Assembly: GCA_045863295.1 (NCBI GenBank)
Contig: BTWA01000033.1
Coordinates: 1 to 64,000, forward strand
Reading direction: 5' to 3'
Length of the DNA: 64,000 nt
Origin: Candidatus Hydrogenedentota bacterium
GTDB taxonomy: Bacteria; Hydrogenedentota; Hydrogenedentia; Hydrogenedentales; SLHB01
The notes under the pieces are model-generated. The model had not been told where the DNA came from and searched no databases. It saw only the letters and a list, made by a program, of their open reading frames with translations. Shown piece by piece: positions 38,523 to 47,984 of the stretch. Position 1 is the first letter of the stretch, and each line of letters opens with the position of its first letter. The position numbers and the translations under genes are program-made.

Positions 38523-39623
38523 TCACTCCAAGACAACCCGGAACGGTTCGGTTTCCATCACGGGATGTATGCGAACCCCCGGGCATTCACGCTTCAAGTA
38601 TATTGCGATTGCCTCGGCAATCCATTTCTCCGTGGCACAGTGCCCGGCATCCATGACGGTCAGACCTCGAGCCGACGCCGCCAGCGCATCGTGATACCCG
38701 ACGTCGCCGGTTATGAGGACGTCGATATCCGTGGGAACTTGTTCAATCTGGCTTCCGCCGGATCCGCCAAAGACGGCTACTGTACGCACTTTCTTACGCG
38801 CCGATCCAGCGACTCGAACATGGTTTGTTTTTAGCGCCTTGCAGACCTGCCGGGCGAATACCTCCAATGGCAAGGCCTTGTGCAACACGCCACACAGCCC
38901 GGCACTCACGGACTCATCGGCATTCTCCAGGGGGATCATGTCAAACGCGGGTTCCTCGTAGGGATGGGCCGACATCAGGGCAAGCAGAACCGGCGTTTGA
39001 CGCGCCTTGGGGAGTATGACCTCCAGCCGCCGTTCGGGTTCCTCGTTTACTTCCAGCTTCTTCCCCGAAAACGGGTTTGTGCGGTGGCCCGGTAGAAACG
39101 TGCCCGTGCCGGGCGCGCTGAATGAACATTGTGTATAGTCGCCAATGATGCCCGCGCCGGCCTCGCACACGGCCCGGCGGACAGTGTGGAGGTGCGCTTC
39201 CGGGACGAAGGTTACGAGTTTAAGCATGGTGGCATGGGGAACGCCGAAAAGTGGCCTGGGGTTGGTCAACCCGATTCGTTGAGCGAGCAGCGAATTGACG
39301 CCGCCGTGCACCACATCCAGGTTGGTGTGCGCGGAGAAACAGTGAACTCCTGTTGAAGCCAACTCGATACACAATTGCGTGTGGGAATCGCGGAGATCCA
39401 ATCGTTTGAACGGTTCCCAAATAACAGGGTGATGCGAGACAATCACGTTGGCTTTTCGTTTCCGTGCGACTTTTGCCACCTCCGACGTCACGCTGAGGCA
39501 GGTGATAACTGCAGACACCTTGGCGTCGGGGCTGCCGATGTTCAAGCCTGCCTTGTCCCAGGGATAGGCGTATCCGGGCGGGGCCCAACGGTTCATGGCC
39601 GCGCAAATCTCTTTGACTGTCAT
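38523..39623 (-). CDS. Nif3-like dinuclear metal-centre protein with a PII-like insert
   Basis: SHHP, HTNLD, HPYEEPA, DAGH. Confidence 0.93.
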   Translation of the reverse strand: MTVKEICAAMNRWAPPGYAYPWDKAGLNIGSPDAKVSAVITCLSVTSEVAKVARKRKANVIVSHHPVIWEPFKRLDLRDSHTQLCIELASTGVHCFSAHTNLDVVHGGVNSLLAQRIGLTNPRPLFGVPHATMLKLVTFVPEAHLHTVRRAVCEAGAGIIGDYTQCSFSAPGTGTFLPGHRTNPFSGKKLEVNEEPERRLEVILPKARQTPVLLALMSAHPYEEPAFDMIPLENADESVSAGLCGVLHKALPLEVFARQVCKALKTNHVRVAGSARKKVRTVAVFGGSGGSQIEQVPTDIDVLITGDVGYHDALAASARGLTVMDAGHCATEKWIAEAIAIYLKRECPGVRIHPVMETEPFRVVLE

Positions 39624-40444
39624 GCAGCCCGCTCCATGGACAACGCGGCATAGCCGACGACGCGCGAATAATCTCCGGAGGCGTTGGCGCTGGTTCTGTA
39701 ATCGAGCAACTGCCAGGTTTCCGCGCCTCGTTCCAGCGCGTAGTTCATGGCGGCCACGACAGCGGCGGCACCGCACATCGCGCAAGTGCCTTCATCGATC
39801 CCTCCGGCGAACGAACGCCAATCGCCAGCGAGAACGGATCGCACCGAGCGAAGATCAATTTCATTTGCCTGCTCGTTGGTCAAATAGTGTGACAAATCGG
39901 TCGAGGTCACAAGCAAATCGCCTGGCCCCGCTAACGCGGCGAGACGACGTCCTGCTTCGGCATGCCATGAAGACACCGGTGAACCAAACAACACCGGCAC
40001 GATTGGAACAAACCCGATGGCCTCTGCAATGAACGGCAGATGCACCTCCAATCCGTGTTCACGAAGATGCGGTTCCGGACCCACAGAATCCAACGCCTCG
40101 GCCACCGTGACGGCAAAGTCTTCGTCCACGGGGAACCCCCCGATAGGGGTTTCGAAGATGCCTTCCGTAAATACGGAGGACGTGTCAAAGGCGTGACGAT
40201 GCGAACACCCCAACAGAATGACCCGCACCGGACGTTTGCCACGCACGCGAGCGTAAGCATATCCAGCTGTGGGACCGGAGTAGATGTACCCGGCATGAGG
40301 GGCCACAAGGGCATCCACCTGTTCCGGGGCAGCGGCGATATGAGCGTCAGCCATATAGGATTCAACCAATTTGTGCAGCTTGGCAGGGTCGTCGGGATAG
40401 AATTGCCCTGCGACGGCCGCATGTCGAATCGTGCGCGTGGCCAC
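39620..40444 (-). CDS. amrB: MEMO1-family / AmmeMemoRadiSam protein B
   Basis: AGQFYP, PHAGYIYSG, EHGLEV, STDLSHY, MCG, VVGYA. Start approximate. Confidence 0.92.
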   Translation of the reverse strand: MATRTIRHAAVAGQFYPDDPAKLHKLVESYMADAHIAAAPEQVDALVAPHAGYIYSGPTAGYAYARVRGKRPVRVILLGCSHRHAFDTSSVFTEGIFETPIGGFPVDEDFAVTVAEALDSVGPEPHLREHGLEVHLPFIAEAIGFVPIVPVLFGSPVSSWHAEAGRRLAALAGPGDLLVTSTDLSHYLTNEQANEIDLRSVRSVLAGDWRSFAGGIDEGTCAMCGAAAVVAAMNYALERGAETWQLLDYRTSANASGDYSRVVGYAALSMERAA

Positions 40445-40521
40445 ACCCACCTCCCGCCTCCTGGAGGCTTCCTGACCGAATTGTACCAATTTGCAAAAAA
40501 TGTGGTCAATTCGCGTTGGAT

Positions 40522-41157
40522 TTACAAGCGGATGGGTGGAAACTTTCGGAAGTGGCCGTTTGCCCGGATTCGGCGCTTCATTTCTTCGATTCCCTGAATG
40601 GCGGGAATGGTGCGGTGCAGGTGGTCAACTATCATGAGTTGGCGGTCGGATTCTTTGGGGATGGAGAGCAATTGGACTTTCTGCTCCAAGGTCAATCCGA
40701 CCTCTTGGGCGATTTGAAAAGACAGATTGGGCACGTCAAACCGTTCGCGGACGCGGCCGGTTTTGAGGAGTTTGTGAAACGATTCGTACTGTTTTGCGAT
40801 TTCTTCGATGGTAATAGGAAAGACATTCTCGTCGTTGGCGATACGTTGAACGGTGCCTCCTGGATACGGCTTTTCCGGCATTTGCCGCTGGAACTCGAGC
40901 AACTGAAAGGCGCCGACCCCTTCGGTCAGGATATCCATGCGCCCGTCTTCGTAGGTGTGTGAAATTTCTTCAAGGCGCATTTCCGTGCCGTACTCAGCCA
41001 CCCTGCCTTCGAGAAATGCGGGAATGCCAAAGGTGATGTGAAGTTCCCGGCATTCTTGAATCAGTTGCCGATAGCGTGGCTCGAAAATATGGAGCTTGAG
41101 CTTTTCACCTGGGAAGACAACTATCTGTAAGGGAAATAGCGGTAATGCGTTAACCAT
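40522..41157 (-). CDS. stand-alone Lon protease substrate-binding (N-terminal) domain protein
   Basis: LPLFPL..VVFPG..LHIFEPRY; extended -10 TGCTATAAT upstream (41227-41219). Confidence 0.88.
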   Translation of the reverse strand: MVNALPLFPLQIVVFPGEKLKLHIFEPRYRQLIQECRELHITFGIPAFLEGRVAEYGTEMRLEEISHTYEDGRMDILTEGVGAFQLLEFQRQMPEKPYPGGTVQRIANDENVFPITIEEIAKQYESFHKLLKTGRVRERFDVPNLSFQIAQEVGLTLEQKVQLLSIPKESDRQLMIVDHLHRTIPAIQGIEEMKRRIRANGHFRKFPPIRL

Positions 41158-41315
41158 ATTTTTCGTGTAGACCTTTTGTTCAGGGGCCGGGGGTACCGGG
41201 CGACAACTCTTCCTATGTATTATAGCAACGATTCCGGGCAGGTCTGGCATTTGTGCATGTTGCGAACTTGAGCATGGCTTGCGGTTTCTAAGCGAGGAAA
41301 TGGGAGGATGCACGT

Positions 41316-41867
41316 ATGCGAAAATGCCGGAGATTTGCCCTGATTTCTATTGTGTTGTTATTTGGCGTAAGCCGGGATTCGCGGGCCGTGGAGCCGGTGC
41401 GAGGGGCGCGCTTGCATCCGCACCGGCCGATCACGGTGGCAGCCAGCACCGAGGGCCGGTTTGGCGAAGGTATGTCCTGGTGGTTAAGCGTCAACTCGGC
41501 GGGGCAAGCCGAATTGACCATCGAAGGCTATCCAGAACGGCAGAGACGGCGATTCGAGGTCACTCAGGAGCACCTTGACGCGTTACATGCGATGGTGGAA
41601 AAGGAAGCGTTTTTTGAACTGGCGCGCGATCAGGGCGAAGTGGTTTTTGATGGGAGTACGCAGACCGTAACGATAGTGATTGGGGACAAGGCAAATACCG
41701 TGCACATCCGCTACCTGATGAATTGGGTGCAATCGGATCATGAGAAATTAAGCGAACCGGCGAGGGCTTTACGCGTGTTCATGTTGATCCGCGGCTGGTT
41801 TGACGACGAGAATGCGGTCGACCTGAGTAAATATGATCAAATGGTTTTGGACGCCGTTGAGAAATAG
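41316..41867 (+). CDS. hypothetical secreted protein
   Basis: GGGAGG RBS, signal-like N-terminus, 183 aa. Confidence 0.7.
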   Translation: MRKCRRFALISIVLLFGVSRDSRAVEPVRGARLHPHRPITVAASTEGRFGEGMSWWLSVNSAGQAELTIEGYPERQRRRFEVTQEHLDALHAMVEKEAFFELARDQGEVVFDGSTQTVTIVIGDKANTVHIRYLMNWVQSDHEKLSEPARALRVFMLIRGWFDDENAVDLSKYDQMVLDAVEK

Positions 41868-41902
41868 GGAATGTGAGGCAGGAGAGTACCTTGGGAACGA
41901 GT

Positions 41903-42667
41903 ATGAAACTGTATTCATGGAATGTAAACGGGTTGAGGGCGGCAGCGCGCTACGGATTTCTTACCTGGCTTGAAGAGGAAAAGCCGGATGTGTTGTGTCT
42001 TCAGGAAATCAAGGCGCAGCCTTCGGACTTGACCGCTGATATTCTGGCTCCAAAAGGATACAGCAGCGTGTTTCATCCCGCCAAGAAGAAGGGGTATAGC
42101 GGAACCGCGACCTATTTCAAGAAGAAACACGAACCAATTGGCGTGCGAACCATGGGCATGTCTGAGTTCGATGATGAAGGCCGGGTTCAGGTGGTTGAAT
42201 TCAAGGAATTTGTGGTCATCAACGCCTACTGGCCAAACAGCCAGCCGGAACGAGCCCGGCTCGCGTACAAATTGGATTTTGTGAAGGGGATGTCGGACCT
42301 CTGCAAGCGGCTGGTGAAATCCGGCAAGCATGTTGTCACGTGCGGCGACTACAACATAGCCCACCAGGAGATCGATCTGGCCCGGCCCAAGGACAATCGC
42401 GATAGTCCCGGATTCTATCCTGAGGAATGTGAAGCGATGAACGGTTTTTTGGCCTCTGGTTTTGTGGATACGTTTCGCCATTTCTGCAAGGATCCCGGAC
42501 ACTATACGTGGTGGACGTACCGGGCTGGAGCAAGGCAGCGGAATATTGGCTGGCGCATCGACTACCATTGTGTCAATCGCGAGTTCGTGGAGCGAGTCAA
42601 ATCATCGCATATACACGCGCATGTGATGGGATCGGATCATTGTCCCGTTTCCATTGCCGTACGCTGA
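41903..42667 (+). CDS. xth: exodeoxyribonuclease III / AP endonuclease
   Basis: SWNVNG, LQEIK, GDYNIAH, GWRIDY, SDHCP. Confidence 0.97.
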   Translation: MKLYSWNVNGLRAAARYGFLTWLEEEKPDVLCLQEIKAQPSDLTADILAPKGYSSVFHPAKKKGYSGTATYFKKKHEPIGVRTMGMSEFDDEGRVQVVEFKEFVVINAYWPNSQPERARLAYKLDFVKGMSDLCKRLVKSGKHVVTCGDYNIAHQEIDLARPKDNRDSPGFYPEECEAMNGFLASGFVDTFRHFCKDPGHYTWWTYRAGARQRNIGWRIDYHCVNREFVERVKSSHIHAHVMGSDHCPVSIAVR

Positions 42668-42680
42668 GGAATCTTCTGCA

Positions 42681-43265
42681 TTGCGATCGCAAGTTACGAC
42701 AAAGAAGGGCGACGACGGTACCACGCAGACGCTGGGCGGCGAACGGGTTTCGAAATGCCACCCTATCATCGCATGTACGGGATGCGTGGACGAACTGCGC
42801 GCGCAGACGGCATTGTTCCGGTTGCATTGGAAGACCTCGGGGCTTGCGGACCCGGACGATATTTCCGGTTTTCTTTTGTGGCTGCTGCACACCTATTTCG
42901 TGATTGGCGCGGCGTGTAGCGATCCCAAGAACGACAAGCCTGACTGGCATGTCCGCGAATTCGGGCCCGAATTTCTTGACCGAATCGAAGCCATGCAGTT
43001 GCGCCTCGAGTCGCAGGTGACTCTCCCCCGCCAATTTATTGTAAGCGCTTCCAATCCATTGGCGGCGGAAATGGACGTACTCACGACGGCATCACGCCGT
43101 TTGGAGCGCGCCATTGTTCAATTGAAGGATAGCGAACCCACTTTTGAAGCCAAGCACCTGCTCGCGTTCATCAACCGGCTGAGCGACACATTTTATATGA
43201 TGGCCCGCTTCCTTGACGGAGGTCAGTTCCACACCGTGGACTATGGCGTTCTTAATCCCGAGTGA
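42681..43265 (+). CDS. PduO-type ATP:cob(I)alamin adenosyltransferase
   Basis: TKKGDDGTT, GCVDEL, RRLER, NRLSD. TTG start approximate. Confidence 0.88.
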   Translation: MRSQVTTKKGDDGTTQTLGGERVSKCHPIIACTGCVDELRAQTALFRLHWKTSGLADPDDISGFLLWLLHTYFVIGAACSDPKNDKPDWHVREFGPEFLDRIEAMQLRLESQVTLPRQFIVSASNPLAAEMDVLTTASRRLERAIVQLKDSEPTFEAKHLLAFINRLSDTFYMMARFLDGGQFHTVDYGVLNPE

Positions 43266-43729
43266 TCGTGCTCGTCGTGCCAATGGTGATGCTTCGGGTG
43301 AAAGCCGATGTCATGTTGCTCTTTCAGGTACTTGTGAATCATGGATCGGCAGTACGCGTCGGCCTTTATGCGCTTCTCTTCGTCAATTGGCACATCTTTT
43401 GCGCAGGCGATGACGTGGACGGCGGGGCGATCCAAATGGTGGCCGCAATGGCTGGGGCACGCGCCGCGCACGGTATGGTCGCAACGGCATTGAATGGCAC
43501 CCACAAATCCGATGTCTTCCAGGGTGCCGTACACGACGGTGGCGGCCACAAACTTGCGGCAGAATCGATCCAGGGTGTGAATGACATCGTAGTGGGGAAC
43601 GACGATTCTACGGTATAACCCGTCTTTGGGATACCAGGTAACTTCGAGGCAGCCTTCGTGAACGGCTTCGTTCACCCCCATGACCAAGTAGCTGATGGCT
43701 CGTGGCACTTCCCGAAAAAGTCCGTTCAT
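43241..43729 (-). CDS. hypothetical Cys/His-rich protein
   Basis: Good RBS (AAGGGGG) and upstream TATAAT; 8 Cys and 17 His in 162 aa. Confidence 0.7.
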   Translation of the reverse strand: MNGLFREVPRAISYLVMGVNEAVHEGCLEVTWYPKDGLYRRIVVPHYDVIHTLDRFCRKFVAATVVYGTLEDIGFVGAIQCRCDHTVRGACPSHCGHHLDRPAVHVIACAKDVPIDEEKRIKADAYCRSMIHKYLKEQHDIGFHPKHHHWHDEHDHSGLRTP

Positions 43730-43892
43730 GGTGTGTCCCCCTTCACGATTTCCGGACTATTAAACCGGGGAACGTTGTAACCGAGCAGGAGCTATGCCCC
43801 CGGCTTCCCATGACGTCTATAGATTTGCATTATACACGAGGAATTGGATTTCAAGTGGACTAATTAAGTGGACGCCATTCGGAAGCAGACGA

Positions 43893-45941
43893 TCAGGTTT
43901 TATCAACAACCGGGTTATGGCGCGAGGTGGCCTCTAACACCCCCATTCCTGCGACAAACAGGCCAATTGCAGACATCAGCAACCATGTTGGCAGAGGATT
44001 ACCGGTCTCGTCTGCGTGTATTACGGCGTTCGTGAGCCATTTGGGGACATAGGCGTATTCGGAAGCGATACTGCGCTCCAAGAGGATGGCGGTCGAATTC
44101 AGCAACAAGTGCACGAGCATGCTGACCCAGATTGAGCGCGAGCGCCAGACCAGGTAAGTGAGCAACATGCCGCTGGCAGCCGTAAGCATCACGCGATACA
44201 CGGACAAATGGGCCACGCCAAACAGAATGCCCACGGCGATTACGCAAATCCACATGGGAAAGCGCCGCCTGAATGCGGAGAGAATTGCCCCGCGAAACAG
44301 CAGTTCTTCACAAATGGCCGGAGAAACCGCTGTTGCAAACAGCAGAAGTACCAGTGGCGCGCCCTGGATATCCAGCATGTCGCGCATGGCTTCGGCAAAT
44401 TCTTCGGGCACGGTGAAGATACGTTGCTGTAAGAATCCGAGTTGCAATTGAATGATGAGCCATCCGGCGGCAATCAGCACGCCTGCCAAGAGCGCGAAAG
44501 GCGATGGCATCCGCAGGTGCAACGACGCTTTCAAATCGACGCGCATATACCAGAGGATGAGCACGGTGGGCGCAAGGAACAGCAGCCACTGCGTCATGGC
44601 GACTCCGTACAGGGCGTAGCGCGACTGCACGACAGTTCCCACGTAAAAGAGCAACAAACCGCAAATTGTAAACAGCAGAAAGGCCGTGCTCAGGGTCGGA
44701 TAAGAGCGGGGCGGTATTTCGGAACGCCGCATGGAGAAATGAATGCCGTGTTCTTCGGAAAGTATCAGCTCCTCGTTCCGGAAGATGGCATTGGCGAGCA
44801 ACAGTGCGATGAGCGCGTATCCCGTCGTGCTCATTAGAACAATGAATATCTGTTGGCCGGTTGCTTCCGAAGTAAGCAGACTTTTGAACAACAGCGCGGT
44901 ATTGGTGATAGGCACCATTTGGGTCCAGGTGGATAGTTCCGTGCCGGGCAACGCAGCAAAAGCAGCAGGAAAGATGAGTAACGCGAAGAAGGGCGTGACA
45001 AACGTCTGCGCTTCGCGAAAGCTTCGCGCAAATACGGCCAGCGACATCATCATGGCGGAGATGAAGAATGCTAGAGGAAGCATCACAAGTAGAATGAGCA
45101 GCACGTTGCTGAAGGGCAGTTGAATTTGCCAATCGCCCAGGCTGTCCTTCAGTTGGGACAGTTGGAAGGAGAGCGTGAGCATCATGCTGCCGAGATTGAG
45201 CAGACCGGTCACCATGGCGAGGCAGAAGACAGCGAGGAATTTGCCTGCCACGATATCCAGGGTAGTGACTGGTGTGGACAGCAACGTTTCCAGCGTGCCG
45301 CGTTCTTTCTCTCCCGCGGTGAGGTCAATTGCGGGATAGAAAGCGCCAATGCCCAGCATCAGAATCATCACCAGTGGAATGATAGTTCCCAAGAGCGCGC
45401 CCGTGGCTTTGGTGCTGGACGCGATATTGGTCTTCTGGATTGAGATGGGTTGCACAAACTCTTCATTGAGGCCAATGTTTTCCAGGCGGCGGGCCAGAAT
45501 TTTTCCGTTGCCCGACTCCAGCCCGCGTTCAATACGCCGGGCTGCTTCGGCCGAGGCGGCTTCCGTGGCATCGTACAGGATGCGTATGGCGGCGGTCTGA
45601 TCGAGCAGCATCTGCGTATCGAATCCTTCTTCCACCGCCACAATCGCATCTATTTTCCCGTCTTTCAGGTCCGCTTCCGGATTGCTGCTGTTGTTCATAG
45701 AGAGGAGCGGTTCTTCGACGAGAAGGGCGAAGATTGCCTCCGGGTTTTCCGCCTGGATTACATACGTGGATGGCGTTGTAGCGATCTGATCGCGTTCCAT
45801 GAGCAGCGCTTGCGAGCCGAAGATGAAGAGCGATGGATAGAGCACGATAGGAATGAAGATCATGGCCACGATTGTGCGTCGATCGCGGATCATGTCGAGC
45901 AATTCTTTTCGGAAGATTGTGTCGACGAGAAAAACGTTCAT
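43893..45941 (-). CDS. NatB-like ABC-2 permease fused to a CPBP (CAAX/Abi) intramembrane metalloprotease
   Basis: KELLDMIRDRR, AGEKERGTLETLL; CPBP motifs EELLFRG, FGVAH, HLLLN. Confidence 0.92.
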   Translation of the reverse strand: MNVFLVDTIFRKELLDMIRDRRTIVAMIFIPIVLYPSLFIFGSQALLMERDQIATTPSTYVIQAENPEAIFALLVEEPLLSMNNSSNPEADLKDGKIDAIVAVEEGFDTQMLLDQTAAIRILYDATEAASAEAARRIERGLESGNGKILARRLENIGLNEEFVQPISIQKTNIASSTKATGALLGTIIPLVMILMLGIGAFYPAIDLTAGEKERGTLETLLSTPVTTLDIVAGKFLAVFCLAMVTGLLNLGSMMLTLSFQLSQLKDSLGDWQIQLPFSNVLLILLVMLPLAFFISAMMMSLAVFARSFREAQTFVTPFFALLIFPAAFAALPGTELSTWTQMVPITNTALLFKSLLTSEATGQQIFIVLMSTTGYALIALLLANAIFRNEELILSEEHGIHFSMRRSEIPPRSYPTLSTAFLLFTICGLLLFYVGTVVQSRYALYGVAMTQWLLFLAPTVLILWYMRVDLKASLHLRMPSPFALLAGVLIAAGWLIIQLQLGFLQQRIFTVPEEFAEAMRDMLDIQGAPLVLLLFATAVSPAICEELLFRGAILSAFRRRFPMWICVIAVGILFGVAHLSVYRVMLTAASGMLLTYLVWRSRSIWVSMLVHLLLNSTAILLERSIASEYAYVPKWLTNAVIHADETGNPLPTWLLMSAIGLFVAGMGVLEATSRHNPVVDKT

Positions 45942-46687
45942 GCAGTGGCGGCGCTCATTTGTTCCACGCGGGCTAGGAAAGCATCCTGCAAATTGTTGGT
46001 TCCCGTTTCCTGATACAGACTCTCCTTCGACCCGATGGACAGAATTTCACCCTGGTAAATGAGCCCGACGCGGTCGCATAGCATTTCGGCCTCGGTCATA
46101 TAGTGTGTTGAAAAAATGATCGTATGGCCGCGAGCACGTGCCCCTTGAATGAACTGAAGAATTGTGCGGCTGGTAACGATATCCAGCCCCAGCGTGGGCT
46201 CATCCAGTATCAGCACCTGTGGATCGTGCAGGATAACCCGCGCAATAGATACGCGCTGCGCCTGGCCCGTGGACAGGGTGTCGCACCTGCGGTCCCGGAA
46301 CGTGCCCATATCCAAGAGGTCGATAAGTTCCTGGGATCGTTTCTCGATGTCGTTGGATGCCATGCCATAGAGCCGTCCGAAATACCGCATGAGTTCGCGG
46401 GGAGTCAGGCGGCCGTACAGCTTTGTGTTTCCGGAGAGGAACCCAAGACGGCGGCGTGCTTCCTGGGGTTGTTGGTCGGTTCGCACATCCCCTATCCAAC
46501 AGTGTCCGCTGGTGGGGGGCATGATTGTACCGAGCATGCGGAGTAATGTTGTCTTTCCTGCGCCGTTGGGCCCCAAGAGTCCGAAGATCTCGCCGGGATC
46601 GACCGTAAAGCTGGCCCCTCGCACAGCCTCCACTATTCGCCCCCGCGAGCCGCGAAATACCTTTTTAAGGGATTCGGCGCGTATCAT
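45938..46687 (-). CDS. NatA-like ABC transporter ATP-binding protein
   Basis: [19 protein letters not shown]. Confidence 0.93.
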   Translation of the reverse strand: MIRAESLKKVFRGSRGRIVEAVRGASFTVDPGEIFGLLGPNGAGKTTLLRMLGTIMPPTSGHCWIGDVRTDQQPQEARRRLGFLSGNTKLYGRLTPRELMRYFGRLYGMASNDIEKRSQELIDLLDMGTFRDRRCDTLSTGQAQRVSIARVILHDPQVLILDEPTLGLDIVTSRTILQFIQGARARGHTIIFSTHYMTEAEMLCDRVGLIYQGEILSIGSKESLYQETGTNNLQDAFLARVEQMSAATA

Positions 46688-46792
46688 AGTGGTCCATTTA
46701 TTCCCCAACGCTTGAATTGCGGGTCAACATCGCAACGCAGAACGGATGCAAGCGTGTCACTTTGGAAGGGATAGTGTCAAGAGAAGTGCTTG

Positions 46793-47839
46793 TCAGTATG
46801 TGATTTGGAAACTCTGTATGCGATGGTTGAAGGCATCCACCACATAGAGACGGCCGGATGGGTCGAAGGCCAGCATGTGCGGGGCGATGAATTGACTGGG
46901 GCCTGTGCCCTGCTTTTCAATGATGCCGCCCAAGTAGTCTCCTTCCTGCGAGAAGCACTGAATTCGGCCCGAGACCGCAGTGACCCACAACCGTTGCTGA
47001 TTGTCAAAGGCTAGAGCCACAGGGCCTTGCAGCGTCGTCTTAACGTCGTCGCCGAATCCGGTAAAGACGCCTCCGAAATGGCCGGGTGTATCTTCGTTAT
47101 CTCCCCATGCAGCGAGAAACTGACCGTTGCACGAGAATTTCTGGATGCGCCCATTGGATCCTTCCGTGGTCCAGACGTTTCCTGTGTTGTCAACAGCCAC
47201 GAATTGCGGCCCGCTTGTTCTTGAATTGGCGGCCCCAGCGCCGCCGAACTCACCCGGAGCGCTGCCGTGACGGCCCCACTTAAACAGGAAGGCGCCCGTC
47301 TTGTCGAAGACCTGTATACGGTGATTGGTTTGGTCAGCAATATAAATTCGCCCATCGTTTCCAATGGCGATCCCGCCTGGACAGTCGAATTCTCCGTCTC
47401 CCTTGCCTCGGGATCCGAATTGAAACTTGAGGTCACCGCCCGGGCTGTATACGGACACAAAATCGCCTGAGCCGGCCTTGTCTTTCTCGCGAATTGACGC
47501 GGCAAAATGCGTGACATACACCATTCCTTCGGGGTCGAGCGTCAGGGCGCCGGGATTGGGAAGGGTTTTGAATTCAGATTGGTAGGTTCCGTCCGCGGCG
47601 AATGTTTGGATGCGATCGTTGTAATAGTCAGTGACCAGGATTTCGCCGGCACTATTTATTGCAATGCCGATGGGAAAGTTGAACTGACCGGATTGATCCC
47701 CTTTTGATCCCCATTCCCGATCAAACTGGACGTTGCATTTAGTATTTACAGTCTGTCCGGCAAAGGCATGCGCGCACAGCGCTACGCAGACAGCGGCGCC
47801 GCCTTTGCGCAAAACGCACTTCAGGAGAGAAGAGCCCAT
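46793..47839 (-). CDS. secreted NHL-repeat beta-propeller protein
   Basis: Repeated GxFxxPxGIA...YxxDxxNxRIQxF units; signal peptide ending AFA. Confidence 0.9.
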   Translation of the reverse strand: MGSSLLKCVLRKGGAAVCVALCAHAFAGQTVNTKCNVQFDREWGSKGDQSGQFNFPIGIAINSAGEILVTDYYNDRIQTFAADGTYQSEFKTLPNPGALTLDPEGMVYVTHFAASIREKDKAGSGDFVSVYSPGGDLKFQFGSRGKGDGEFDCPGGIAIGNDGRIYIADQTNHRIQVFDKTGAFLFKWGRHGSAPGEFGGAGAANSRTSGPQFVAVDNTGNVWTTEGSNGRIQKFSCNGQFLAAWGDNEDTPGHFGGVFTGFGDDVKTTLQGPVALAFDNQQRLWVTAVSGRIQCFSQEGDYLGGIIEKQGTGPSQFIAPHMLAFDPSGRLYVVDAFNHRIQSFQITY

Positions 47840-47984
47840 GTGCCGTCCAACCTTTGCGAGGTAATCAGTATGGAGCAGAAACCGGGAAAAGTATAGTGGC
47901 GTTGGCAAAGGGCGATTGTATTGGCAGGGGGCATGGGGGTACATTCATTCCCGGAGCCGGACCGGGAAGAACGGGGAGTGCGTT

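Noticed and set aside
38523..39623. Nif3 protein as a second GTP cyclohydrolase I
   Set aside because: That annotation is poorly supported for this family, and a canonical folE is present in the window.
43730..43830. Cobalamin riboswitch (GGGAAGCCGG near a PduO-type gene)
   Set aside because: It lacks the GCCACUG and B12-box elements, is too short, and does not lie upstream of the adenosyltransferase.
43893..45941. Abi domain as phage abortive-infection defence
   Set aside because: The Abi label on CPBP proteases is a historical misnomer, and there is no defence-island context.
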